DNA of 64,000 nt. It comes from Amphiscolops sp. MND2022 (Eukaryota). Below the pieces are notes generated by a model. That model did not search any database. It worked only from the letters and a program-made list of their open reading frames with translations, and was not told the DNA's origin. The position numbers were made by a program, and so were the translations under genes. The stretch spans positions 32,800,001 through 32,864,000 of the forward strand of contig OZ076409.1 in NCBI GenBank assembly GCA_964187785.1. Direction: 5' to 3'. Of this stretch, positions 26,201 through 37,900 are shown piece after piece. The number at the start of each line of letters is the position of its first letter. Position 1 is the first letter of the stretch.

Positions 26201-26570
26201 TAACGTTGTCTACTCTAAAAATGTAAATAACTTTTGTTTTATACCGTTCTCTTTAGAATTGACAATACATTCTTGCCAAATAGTTGTTTTTGTACTCAGA
26301 CATAAAATTGCAGTTATGTGAGTGTCTCCCTTTATTGATTTTAAGCAGTTTTGGTTTTTATAATTTTCCAGTTTTGGGACCCGAAGGAGGCCACGTTCTC
26401 CTCGTGGGTCTTGTCAAGTGCGATATCATGTATCTCACGAGCTGAGTGCCTCCCTAAAAAGACAGCATAAGGACTCCGATAAGCAATTTCTGTGAACTAT
26501 GTGCACAGGTAGCTGCCATGTCCGACATTTTTACTACATTTTGTCTCTTGAAATATGGTTTTCATACCTT
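23212..26570. repeat. Tandem duplication, two ~1.7-kb copies
   Basis: Copy 1 spans ~23212-24869 and copy 2 spans ~24870-26570, both beginning ttatgtgtggtcttatgcaactg. Copy 2 has ~50 extra bp at ~25619-25670. The ORF pair 24128-24316 / 25829-26017 is duplicated. Confidence 0.93.
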
Positions 26571-27692
26571 TGTTGTATAAAACCTGCATCACTGAAATAC
26601 AATGTTGGTATCAATTAAACTGAATTTCGTCTCAGTATCACGGTGACGCTGAATCCAAACATTGCTCTATGTTCCCGAAGAAGCAAGGAGTTCAATTACC
26701 AGATTTTCGTTACTGGCTTATCATTCAGTTCGCCTGTCTTTTTTATTCGTCATCGGTCGGGAGCTCAAACAATTTAAATTCCATGAAAAATTTTATGAAA
26801 TTTACTTTTTGATATCTTCCTGAGAACACGTGAAACAACGCCTTCATGAATCATTTTTAGAGTTTCGTATATCGTCAATTGAGAGCCCTCTGGGGAAAAA
26901 CAAATTCCGTTGGGTGGGTGAAACAAAAAAGGTTTCATTTTTAAAACTATAGCTATCTTTAGAGTTTTAGCTAAAATTGCCAAAAAAGATTGGACTTGAC
27001 TACTGAGGGAAACTAATTTGTTGGAGGAACTAACAAAAAAGCCCTTGGTTTTAAATAAGTGCACTGAAATCGACTTAATACGTAATTGAACAGCGTCATT
27101 TATTGAACATTTCGAGGTATTCTTGAGAGCACTATTTGTTTGTCATCGGTTGAGAGCCATTCGAAAAAACGGATATTGCCTATCATCATTTATCTTTTTA
27201 TCTTTAAAGTTTCCATGCCTTTTTTCATCAAGTTGTAAAGAACTTCCGCTAGCTTGATTCACAATAAATTGAGTCAATACAGGAGGTGTATGCTGGCCTC
27301 AATTCTAATGACATACAAAATGAACTACCAGTATTCTAATCAACAGCTGCCTCAAATTTAATAATCTTCGCTAATTTGTCAGGTGTAAACTGGCCTCACC
27401 TCTCATGTGTGAATAGCCCACAATAGGTTGCCTTTAAGGTTCGCAAAGCGGGATTAATTTGAAGACTCATTTATGAGGCTAGGGTGAGGAAACACATGTT
27501 GATGAAGTTACCATTTCTCTAATAACTCTTTTCAAAAACTACGAATCATTATTCACCTTGCAACTTAACTGATTAGTTACGTTCTCCAAATTACATCTCG
27601 CTTGTGTTTTACAACAAATTTCTGATTCACGTGAAATAAAAAGCGTATCTTAAGAAATCAAAACAAGAGTCGTCCTGTTAACCGACAAAAAG

Positions 27693-30600
27693 ATGAGAAA
27701 GCCCTCGTGCTCCTGAAAAAAAGGAAAAAAAACAACTGGAAAACAAGACTCGACCAACAACACGTCGCACACGTGCTCAGGCAAATGAGCTGGTAAGAGA
27801 ACCTGAAATCCAGAGCGATGACGACCAGACCTTTAGAAATTTGACAAATGAAGTTCAACAAGATCATAATGTCCTTCAGAGCAGGCATTCAGAGCAGGCA
27901 ACCTCTTTACCAGAGGAAAGTTGAATTCAGACAACAAGCGAACTAGAAAGCCAGATCGATAATTGTCGGCCCGATTTAGTGTTGGGTCAACTTGACGCCC
28001 ATTTTACCGAAATGGTCATCGATGTCGGAAAGAAGAGTAGTCACAAGTATTGCTCGCCCCCAGATGACTTCTTCAAACTTGTCCAAAACCTCAAAGTAAG
28101 ACCCTTATCCGAACAACTGATGCAGTCATATGCGTCTTCGTTTGAGTACGTCAAGTACCAAGAAATAGAAGGGTACTTTTCTGACCAAAAAGAACTCTGC
28201 GTGAGAGCAAGAAAACATTTTCCGAAGATATGGACAATTACGGGCCTAGACGGCTACCTAGCCGATGTACCTTGTGGGGTTGAAGTCCCGGAATTCTCTC
28301 TTTTTGGATCTAACAGGAACGGGAAAGAAAAAATAATGATTGGGCCAGCATCCTTTGTCAACCATGCCTGTACGCCAAACGCTCGGTTTATATGCGGCGG
28401 AGAGACCCGCGGAAAGACAATTGTCAGAATCGAAACCCTTCGTCACATTAATGCTGACGAAGAGATCTTCGTGAAATACTCCGAAGACTACTTTGGCCCC
28501 AACAATATTGATTGTCGTTGTTCAGCTTGCCTCGAGAAGCTCTTTGCCCCGCCATTGCATGAGGTAGGCAGCAGCTCCATATCCGACATTCCAGCTTCAG
28601 AATCGCAGCCTGCAGCTGATGGAAGCAACACCCTTCGGCCAGGATCACCTACTCTTTTTGAAGCACCAGATGATTCTGATGGCAGGCAACATGGGAATGA
28701 GACATGCAGCAGCTCCGCATCTGACGCGCCACATCTTGAAATGCCTGATGAATTTGATGGTGAGTCTGGGGGCTATACCATTTCACACGCCTCCAAAATT
28801 AAAAGGTCACAGCCCCAGACCAGCAGATCAAAGAAAGTGAAATACGACGAAATCATGGAATGCCTGATTTGTGAAGTGAAGTGCAAAAGAATGGACAAAC
28901 ACTTGTTATCCTCACATCCAGAGCTATCAAAGGAAGAAGTGAGAACACTGAAGGTTAAGAAATTGAATTTTTCAATGCTAAATAAAATGTTTTTTGACTT
29001 TTCGAGACACCTAAAGAAACTACGTCTATTTTATTCTAACTTCGAAAAAGTTTCAAGGAGTCTAAATAACATAATGAAAAATTTTCTCGTATTTTGAAGC
29101 CAATTTTTTACTCCGCATCTATGTCTACAGGCCTTCCTACGAACCCGGAGGGCTCACGCAAACAAGAAAATCTTCATCTGTGAAGAACATTGCCGAACAT
29201 TTGTTGACAAGCGATCCCACAAGAGGTACTTTTCATGCTCTTTAGAGAGTGTAAACGAAGTGTCTAATCATCAAAGCAAGAAATGCCTCCCCCTTGCCCT
29301 TCGAATGAAGCTGAAAAACAGCGTTGTGGCCAACGAAGAGCACCTGAAGCTTGCTGAACAACATTTGCTCCACACCTACATTTTGAAGAACCGAACTTGC
29401 GAGGTGGAATCCGGCATGAACGCTGTTAAGGGCAAACAAGCACTGAAACAGTTCTAGCTATTTTGTTCGGAAACACTTTAGCACTGACAAAACCGAAAGT
29501 TTTAACGGCTGCAGTGAACAGGTACTTCATAATTTCTTATTGTATGAATAACTCAAAAACCTAATTATTCCCTCACAACAACCAAAGTTCGAAAATCAAT
29601 TGTTTGTTTAACTTGTCCTCGATTTTGGGAAAACTAGGTTAAGGAAAACACTTTTTCTTTTGCAGGCTAGCAGAAAGACGTAAATGGTCAACCCAGTCCT
29701 TGGTTCTGTATTTGACCCATTTCCGAATGTTCGTCAAATATGGCCATGCATACGAGCGAAGCACTTACCCATTCGATCTCGAGTGTATGCTGCATGCCAT
29801 CAACGAACTGAGGACTTCAGTGTCGCATGATTTGGCAAAAAGCAGACGGAAGGCAAAGAAGGCAATGTTTGCCAAAGTCCCCTCTCATGCATTGCTCCGA
29901 TTGCGCAAACAGAACGTGATCGATCTGCTAAAGAAAGACTTGGAGGAAAAGAAGCTGAACTTGCAGCAGCTGAAGGCACTGAACTTCTTTCTGATGCAGG
30001 TGCGGTTGAACACAAGATCGGGACCTCTTCTGGAGTTGAAATGGCAGCAATTCGAGAACATCCTGAAGAAAGGGCTGACATTGGAAACAGATGATCACAA
30101 GACAGGCCATGTGTATGACGTCGGCTTGCGGCTGGAAAAAGATCAGATTCAATTCTTTGAAGAGATGCGATCTCGGACTGTAGAACTGTACGGCCAAGAA
30201 ACGAAGTTTGTCTTTTCCAACTCCAAGTTCACACAAGAGAAAAGAATGGCCCAACTCTTGTGTATGACGTTTCAAGAAATTTTCGGCGACGATCCTGATG
30301 AAGTTAGGTTCAATGCTAACTCTGTGCGCAAGTTCTGGGAAAAAATTCAGGCAATTGGAATTCCCTCCAACCTTATGAACGCGCATCTGGCCCAAACAGC
30401 GCACGCGCAGAAAACGGCGGACATGCATTATGTCGGGCTCGAAGCAGAAGACAGGGGCAAATTGATGGACCTGTACAATAAAGATCTGATTGAGGAAGTT
30501 GAAGACGACAATGTGGATTCCAGCGACACAGATTCCCTTGAAAGCGATGAAGATATTGGTACTTGCGTCCCCTCAGAAGAGTCTTGCCCCCATCAACGTC

Positions 30601-31060
30601 TTGGGGGACAAGGGCAATTGCGGCAAGTGTCGAAGTTGAGGTTGACCCGCCGCAGCCCAGTTCACCAGTTCCTGCCCCCAGACCGCGATCAATGGGAAGA
30701 ATTAGCCTCAATTCAACGTGTGACCTGCGAATGGAGAGCCCCAGATTTACAAAGAGACAACTCGAGACTCATGAATCTCCTGCAGCAAAAATAGCAAAAC
30801 CAGATAACAAGAAGCTCTCAAAGCGGGAAAAATTCATAAAGTCAATGAAAAAATTTAGAGATACCAAAAATCACGTCTGGACAGAGGAGGAAAAGAAAGC
30901 TTGTGAAGCGTTCTATACAGCAAACAACTCAATCGTCCTCAAAGATATCAGAGAAACTTTGAAAGAAGTTGACATAGAGCTGAGCGATTGTTCGTACAAG
31001 TTCATTTACGCCAAAATAAAATCTGCTTTCCAAGTGGCAGAGTCAGCTACAACTGTCTAA
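27693..31060 (+). pseudogene. Spliced SET-domain / zinc-finger / tyrosine-recombinase / Myb-like fusion gene of a probable Crypton-like element
   Basis: Exons ~27693-28953, 29131-29521 and 29666-31060 with GT-AG introns. SET motifs GPASFVNHACTPN and EEIFVKYSEDYFGPNNIDCRCSAC. C2H2 finger CLICEVKCKRMDKHLLSSH. YR motifs NTRSG, DHKTG, NSVRK and TAH..TADMHY. C-terminal WTEEEK helix bundle. AATAAA at 31121. Lesions: frameshift ~27705, TGA 27922, TAG 29455, frameshifts ~29477 and ~30560. Confidence 0.85.
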
Positions 31061-33375
31061 GAACGTAGCCGCTTGAGAAAAAAACTGATTCATACAATGA
31101 TCAGCATTCATACATTAATCAATAAATTTTCTTGTCTGAATAAAATTTTCCCTAGTGAGAGATGAGTAAAAAGAAGAGAGCGTTTGTCATCGGCCGAGAG
31201 CTCGTGATAGCAATCACTCACGTATTATTAAGTAATCTGTAAACGAATCATTTGTCATCAGCAGGTAACCCGATGCAAAAAAGACGGGTATGTGGTGTTA
31301 TTTTCAAACGGGGGGGATTTGTGGTTGAAAAAAATTCCTAAAATTGAGCTATAGACCGCCTATGTATTTGGAAAATTTTGAAACCAAACTTGGCTAAAAA
31401 CGTCGAAGGGACCTTTGGTGTTTTTAAGGGTTGATTTCTGAACCCCCCTCCCCCTTTAAAGCCGCCAGTGGGCCGTCATACCCGATAAGAATTAGCAATC
31501 AGTGAATATTAAATTAATTAGAATGCAAATGAAAAGCAATGAATTTTTCGAATTAGATGCAAATTACTGAAAATTTGATGCGAAAATATTATTTCCCAGC
31601 CAGAAGCGGGGGGGGGGGATAAAGGCCCGATGGAATTGCAGGTGTTACATCCGCATTCATTAGGTTTTCTAAGATATACTTTGTAACATTTAATAACACC
31701 TACCCTTCATATACCTCAAAATCAGCTAATTGTAACTTGCTTATTTCTGGTCTCAAAAAAATTCAAAAAAAAATACTATTGTGAACTAGATCAAATTCTA
31801 AGACATTTTTGTTTCTGATGTTTTTTAAAATTCTCAAGTGATTTCGAGCAATTCGAGCATAAATTCGGCCAGAAGACACAGAAGACACGGTTCTATATCA
31901 CAGTTTTCTATACTTACAGATCAGTAGAAGCGTAATTAGCACGTAAGAATGTGTGACTAATGTGCAAACACACAAGACGCAAAATTGCGTAATTGGCATG
32001 TGTTGTCACCACTGTGCTATGATTAATACATGTATCAGTGGCGTTAACACATACAAAGTACTCTGTTCAAATTGTGTGTGTCAAGCAGTGAGTTCCAAAC
32101 AGTTTCATCTTCTTACACGTTATATAGCAGATCAAAATTCATTCAGACTTTTATTCGAATTCTTCCTTTCATCCTTCTACTTACTTTGTTATTGCTCAAT
32201 TCGTGGATTCTTCCTTACATTATTCCAACAATCGATTATAAAATGGACCAACCTGGACCAAGTGCGACTGTTGCAAGTAAGTTTTCAAGAAACTGTACTC
32301 ATTGTAAAAACTCATATAAAGGGTGAATTCCCGAATAGCATAAGAGCAAATAACAAAAACAACATTAGTTTCAAATAACATAAAAGTGAAATGAGTTTCG
32401 CTAAACATAAAAATACATATTTGTAGAATTGTTTACGAGAAAGTTTCAGTTGTCAAAAGCATTCACAATTCAAAAGATTCACTCAAAAAGGTGTGGAAAT
32501 TACAGATAACATTTTCCGAGTTCGATTGTTTAACCGGGTATTCGGTTTTATTTTTATGTTAGTTGAAACTAATTTTATTTTCATGTTATTCGAAACTAAT
32601 TTCGTTTTTATGTAATTTGCTCTAATGTTATTTGGTACGTAATCATAAAAAGAATTCAAAGAGTTCAAGTAAGATTTTATAACAGGGATAGTTTTCCAAA
32701 TTTGAAGCGAGATTAGACCACCATACGATAGCCCCCGCGAGGTACACCTTTTTGATGCCTCGAGGATGTCATCCGATCCGAGAACCACCTGATATGGCGG
32801 ACGTGCGCGATGTGTCCAATGTGATGAGTGTTGGCGAAATTCCTCTTCCCAAAAAGACCCCTAGACTCCTAACAGTAACTAGCAGAGAACTCATCAAAAA
32901 TTGTTTTGAGGAGACAACGCCAATCAGTCTTCCTTTAGGGCAACCGGCAATTGTCCTAAACGAAACACAAATCGGCAGTATACTCCGTGTTGTTGCAGAT
33001 AAAAGTTCTCGAGTGTCTTTTGACATGCTGCAAACTGTGATCATGAAAATGACATGAGCTTAGTCTTTCCAATCTCTCACAAAACCACTCACAACAGTGC
33101 TGTTCGACTCCCACAGGATCTACGTCTTGTTTGGGCCTTCGTATACTGTATCGTACAGATATGAGAGCACTTAACTGGTTACGTTTTTTGAAATGAAAGA
33201 TCTACTTCGTCGTCAATTTCAATGCTTAACCCTAATGAAGCTAGTGGTACTTTAAAGCAGCCTACCTATTTTTCACTTTCGGATTCCTTCTGCCAGTAGC
33301 CCATTATTCTGTAGCACAGTTTTTTCAACAATTCATCGGTACCTAGATTGATTTGAAAGGCCCAAGCATTAGAAA

Positions 33376-33875
33376 ATAGGCCCCTCCGGGGCTCAGTACT
33401 ATTTCTGCTCTAATCTTTTTTTTAAAACAAAAAAAATCATTAATAAAAGAATCATATCTGGAATACCAATACACTCTTGTTTAATCATTATTTAGCGCAC
33501 AATTACATGTAATCACTATACAAGTTTGCACCGCCTTTAATTCTTCTCGGACTAAAGAAAATATAACTACTAAGAGTAGACGAATTAACACTCATTCGCT
33601 TCATCTCAATAACTCGGGGCAACGAAAGCACAATTACGAACATTCGCTCGCTTCATCTCAATGACGTCAGCATACGAATGGATAATTACCACTCGCTCGT
33701 TCCATCGTACTAGAATTGAATTATTGTCGGCAGCTTGAGTAATTTATTTCCCACGCTTACAATCACTGCCGAACAAAATATCTGAATTATTCAGTATCAC
33801 GACAAAAATTGTCTGAAAAAAAAATAAGTGGAAAGTTTGAGGTTACAATAATATTCCTGCTAAAGCAGAAATATT
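33376..33875 (+). repeat. Dispersed repeat family (TAGGCCCC..CCTGCTA..GCAGAAATA), copy 1
   Basis: Shares caccgcctttaattcttctcggactaaagaaaatataactactaag, internal cgcttcatct subrepeats and ctgccgaacaaaatatctgaatt with ~36260-36750 and ~52113-52628. Confidence 0.8.
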
Positions 33876-33989
33876 AACACAGAGGCGAAGCGGTGCTTCG
33901 CAACACATGACGAAGATAATTTTAATATGCGTATATATATTATTTTAATCGCATGCGTATATATTCAACAGTTTAACTTTGTTCAATAA

Positions 33990-34060
33990 CCTCCCTATGG
34001 CACAGTGGTCAACACGTATGCCGTGCAATCGGGAGGCTGCAGGTTCGAATCTCTCTGGGG
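33990..34060 (+). ncRNA. tRNA-derived (Cys-GCA-like) pseudogene or SINE head
   Basis: TGGCACAGTGG (A box), CCG-TGCAAT-CGG anticodon-like arm, GGTTCGAATC (B box). The acceptor stem is imperfect. Confidence 0.55.
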
Positions 34061-34951
34061 TTTTGGCTTTTATCTGAAAGGCGCTCATTGTGAAGTTGAC
34101 TATTGTGGAAAAAAAACTTACTTAGCTGGACTGCAATGCACATTGACTTCGTCATGTGCAAAAAGTAAATGTCTCCTAAGCTTAGAAAAATGTTTTGCAC
34201 AAAAGGTTACAAGTTTCCAAATTCAGTTTTTGGCGAATCCAGTTTTCTCAAAAGTCTTTGGTCAGTAGAAAAAACCAAACACATCCCCTTCCACAACAAG
34301 CCATTGTGCAACAAACCCCAATAATATCTTGTTACTACAAGCCCCGCACGAAGAAACTACCGGAAAAGAAACTAAAATTCAGGGGGCGCGCGGCAACAGG
34401 GGCTCACCTCACCAACATGAAAGCTCAATACCAGACTTTTCAAACGCGCTATAGTTCGTTTCTTTGGTACGCGTAGTTGTGGAGATATTAATGATTTAAA
34501 ACTTTTGTTCAGATTTTTTGAAAATTTGCAAAAAGGCCCAGGTCGATTAGGGTTAATTAATCTGAGCTATTCAAAAAATTTGTTAAACCGAATTGCTCTA
34601 CCGACGGTTGAACCCTGGCTGTGAGTGTTAGCTATTTAAACAGATTGAAGATTGATCGGCGGTAGAACGGTTGAAAATTAGGCTCCGCCCGATTAAATAT
34701 CATTGCAGAAAAATTACGAAGTAGAGAAAACGACCATATACCCCTGATCAAACTGATCAACTATCTATTACCATTCGATAGAATGATACGAGCCTATTTA
34801 TCCTTATGTTGAAAAAGTGTTATTACAAAACTATATTTGGTTTTTATTAATAATTTAAGGCATGTATGTGATTTAGCAGGTCAACAAAGCTATGATAGAA
34901 ATGGATGATCTGCAGCAGTGATCAAACTTGGCGAGGGCGGCGGCTGTTCAT

Positions 34952-37900
34952 TCATCCTGTGATGAGTTCTGTCTTAAGCTGAGAACAGAACTCTGACGTG
35001 AAAGGCAGACAGGTGAGGTACTGTGCCCACTTGGGCCATGAGACAGTCACAGACGAGAAGAGAATTGCAATTAGAAATATGTTGATTGTTAAGTAGACGC
35101 CGAATGCAAGCACAGAAACGAACAGTTTCCAAAATCGATCTCGCTTCCGTAAATGGATGTAAGGCAAGAATACCAGACTAAGCAGAGCGCCGTTCAATAA
35201 GCCGAAGAAGTGCATGAAGTTGTCCAGGAAGGGAAGAAGTCCGAACATGAAGAGAACTACACATACAAAGCCCATCACAGTCCATGCTTTCCATGGGCGC
35301 AGCAAGTAACGACGTAGATGAAATAGTTCCACCATGTAGCTTCCAAGGATCCCAAACAAACATGGGTAAGGGCCAACCTGCAATCAAATATCTCAACCTT
35401 AGTTGCGAAATGCCCGTCAACCTTAGACCTATAAAACGTTATTTCATGAAAACTAATCAAAATTTACATCGAGTGGATCATTTCCCCATAAATATTCAGA
35501 CAGAATAGTCAGTAAAACCAGTCTTTTGAAGGATTTGGAAATGTCACATTTTGAATTTTAAAGAGTTAATAAAGTACCTACCTGTGCCTGGTAAGGAAGC
35601 AAAATTGCAGACAGAAGATTTCCGGAAATTCCGCTGAGCAGATAGATGGCGGCAGTTCGCCACGGACCCGCAAGTATCTCCATGAAACGCACTAACGTCA
35701 ACTGAAGCACCAGAGTGAATAACAGCTGAATTATGCCAGCGTGAATGAGCAGCGAGAGAAACAGGCGGTAAAACTGGTTGGGTGATTCTTCGCTCATGTC
35801 GGGCAACAAGCCACAAATTTCAGAGAGACAAGATACCTGAAACAAACGCCTTGAAACGAATAAACGTTGAACAGTTAAGCACCCAGTTCAAGTTCGATTC
35901 AGCGTATATACAGTCTGAGAAACTTGGCCTTTCAATATTGAAACTATTCCACCTTGGCCGAAATTATACAGTGAACTTAATACGAATATAAAAAGCAGAT
36001 ATTACAACATGGTTAAATTTTGAGTCGCTGGGCTTAAATTAAAGCAATTATTTCATTTCTACAAAAACCATCACCTGAGAACATAGAAAGGCTTCGGGAT
36101 GATAAATTCCCCGAACGAATCCACAATATTCCTCGCTAGTCACAATGCACTGTCCCACTGGTCCGAAGCAACAGGGTCTTCCTGTTATTTCACACGTCAT
36201 GTGATAGTCAGAACTGGGTAGAGTCTTTCTGCAAATCTACAAAAACAACAATATTTGAATAGGCCCCTGCGGGGCACAGTATTGTGTCTGCTTTTAGGCT
36301 TTCATGTTGAATATTAGAAGCATATCTTGATCATTTATATAGCGCGCAATTAATCACTGCCAGTTTACACCGCCTTTAATTCTTCTCGGACTAAAGAAAA
36401 TATAACTACTAAGCGTAGACGAAGTTTCGCATTCGCATTTGAATGCACGCAAATCTCTCGGCGAAGAATAATTAACACTCGTTCGCTTCATCTAACTCGC
36501 CGTACGAAAGCATAATTACGAACATTTGCTCGCGTCATCGCAATGAATTCGGCGTACGAATGCATAATTACCACTCGCTCGTTCCATCGCACGACAAACG
36601 AATTGTTGTCAGCAGCTTGAGAAATTTAAACCTCACGCTTATACTAACTGCCGAACAAAATATCTGAATTTTTCAGTATCACGACAAGAATTTACTGAAA
36701 AAAAGTTGAACTTTTGAGATTTCAATAATATTCCTGCTACCGCAGAAATAATAAACAAGCCGGCGCCATATCTAAGGCTCAAAAAGACTCGAAAACCACT
36801 TTTTCTACAACTGGAGACAACAAAAGCTCTCAAAAAAATAAAAATTGAGGAAAAAAATTTCCGAATTTTTCTTTTGAAATTTTTTTCGAAGTTTCCGGTA
36901 AGTCGCATAGTGCCGAAAAATGTAAAAGGGGGACGCATTTTATCTCATGTTAGACGCTTTGGATGCGTTGAAAATGAAGTACTAAGTACATATGGTAGAA
37001 GTTGGTAAATGTGCATTAATGGACAAAAAGTGGACGTTACGCGTTGAACTGACGAAAAAAACTAGCCACTGTAAGAGTCGGGATTTTCTTCGAAAACGCC
37101 GACTAAAAACATGACAAGAAAAACGTTTCCAAATTTTTTGACGCCTTCCAAAACCTTCTGAATCTGAGTAAGAAAAACAACTATAGTCTTTCAACCAGTT
37201 CTTTGGTTGTTAAAGTAAGATTTCGTTTATGATAACTTCCAAAACCGGTGCGCAACATTCCATTTTTAGTCGGCGCTTCATGAAGTGAAACGCGACTATT
37301 ATAGTGGCTTTTTTTCAATCCACACGAACTGACCAAAATAGTTCTTAAAAGTTCTACAAAATATTATTGCACCAAATTGCACTATTTGGTCAAGCGAACT
37401 GAACCAAAAAGGTTTTTTCCTGTTTTCCCGCGTACCATACCCGGCGAAACCAAAGGGTCCCTCCTTCCAAATTTTTTCGGCACTGCGACTTTTTCGGAAA
37501 ATTTTTTTCCTCGAAGGGTCCCCCCCTTCAATTTTTTTGCTGTTTTGCGACAGAATGGATGTTGGAAAATCCCAAAGGGTCCCCCCTTCCAGTTTTTTTC
37601 GGCATTGTGAAATTTCTTATCGAAAATAAAAATTTTTCCCCCCTTCAATTTTTTGATGTTTTGCGACAGAATGGATGTTGAAAAACCTCAAAGGGTCCCC
37701 CCTTTCAGTTTTTCGGCATTGTGAGACTTTTTCTAAATTTTTTTCTCTCCAAAGGGTCCCCCCTTTAATTTCTTTGATGTTTTACAACAGATTGGGTGTT
37801 TAAAAACACCCAAAGGGTCCCCCTTTCAGTTTTTCGGCATTGTGAGACTTTTATTTGAAAAATTGTTTTTTCTCCAAAGGGTTCCCCCTTCAACTGCGAC

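Larger units (their letters stand above)
33230..34552 (+). mobile_element. Non-autonomous piggyBac-like element with nested repeats
   Basis: TTAA at 33226-33229 and 34553-34556. Imperfect TIRs CCCTAATGAAGCTAG / CCAGGTCGATTAGGG. Its ends are homologous to 53699-54986 in the opposite orientation. Confidence 0.8.

Noticed and set aside
27979..29097. Host Suv4-20 orthologue
   Set aside because: It appears to lack the rest of a typical host protein, is spliced to a recombinase and carries disabling lesions, so no gene symbol was given.
29700..30794. Prophage integrase or bacterial contamination
   Set aside because: Spliceosomal introns, a poly(A) signal, fusion to a eukaryotic SET domain and continuous eukaryotic flanks.
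31953..33057. Cys-rich ORFs and a 101-aa ORF right of the SET-YR gene
   Set aside because: No consistent zinc-finger spacing or recognisable family. They may be decayed TE fragments.
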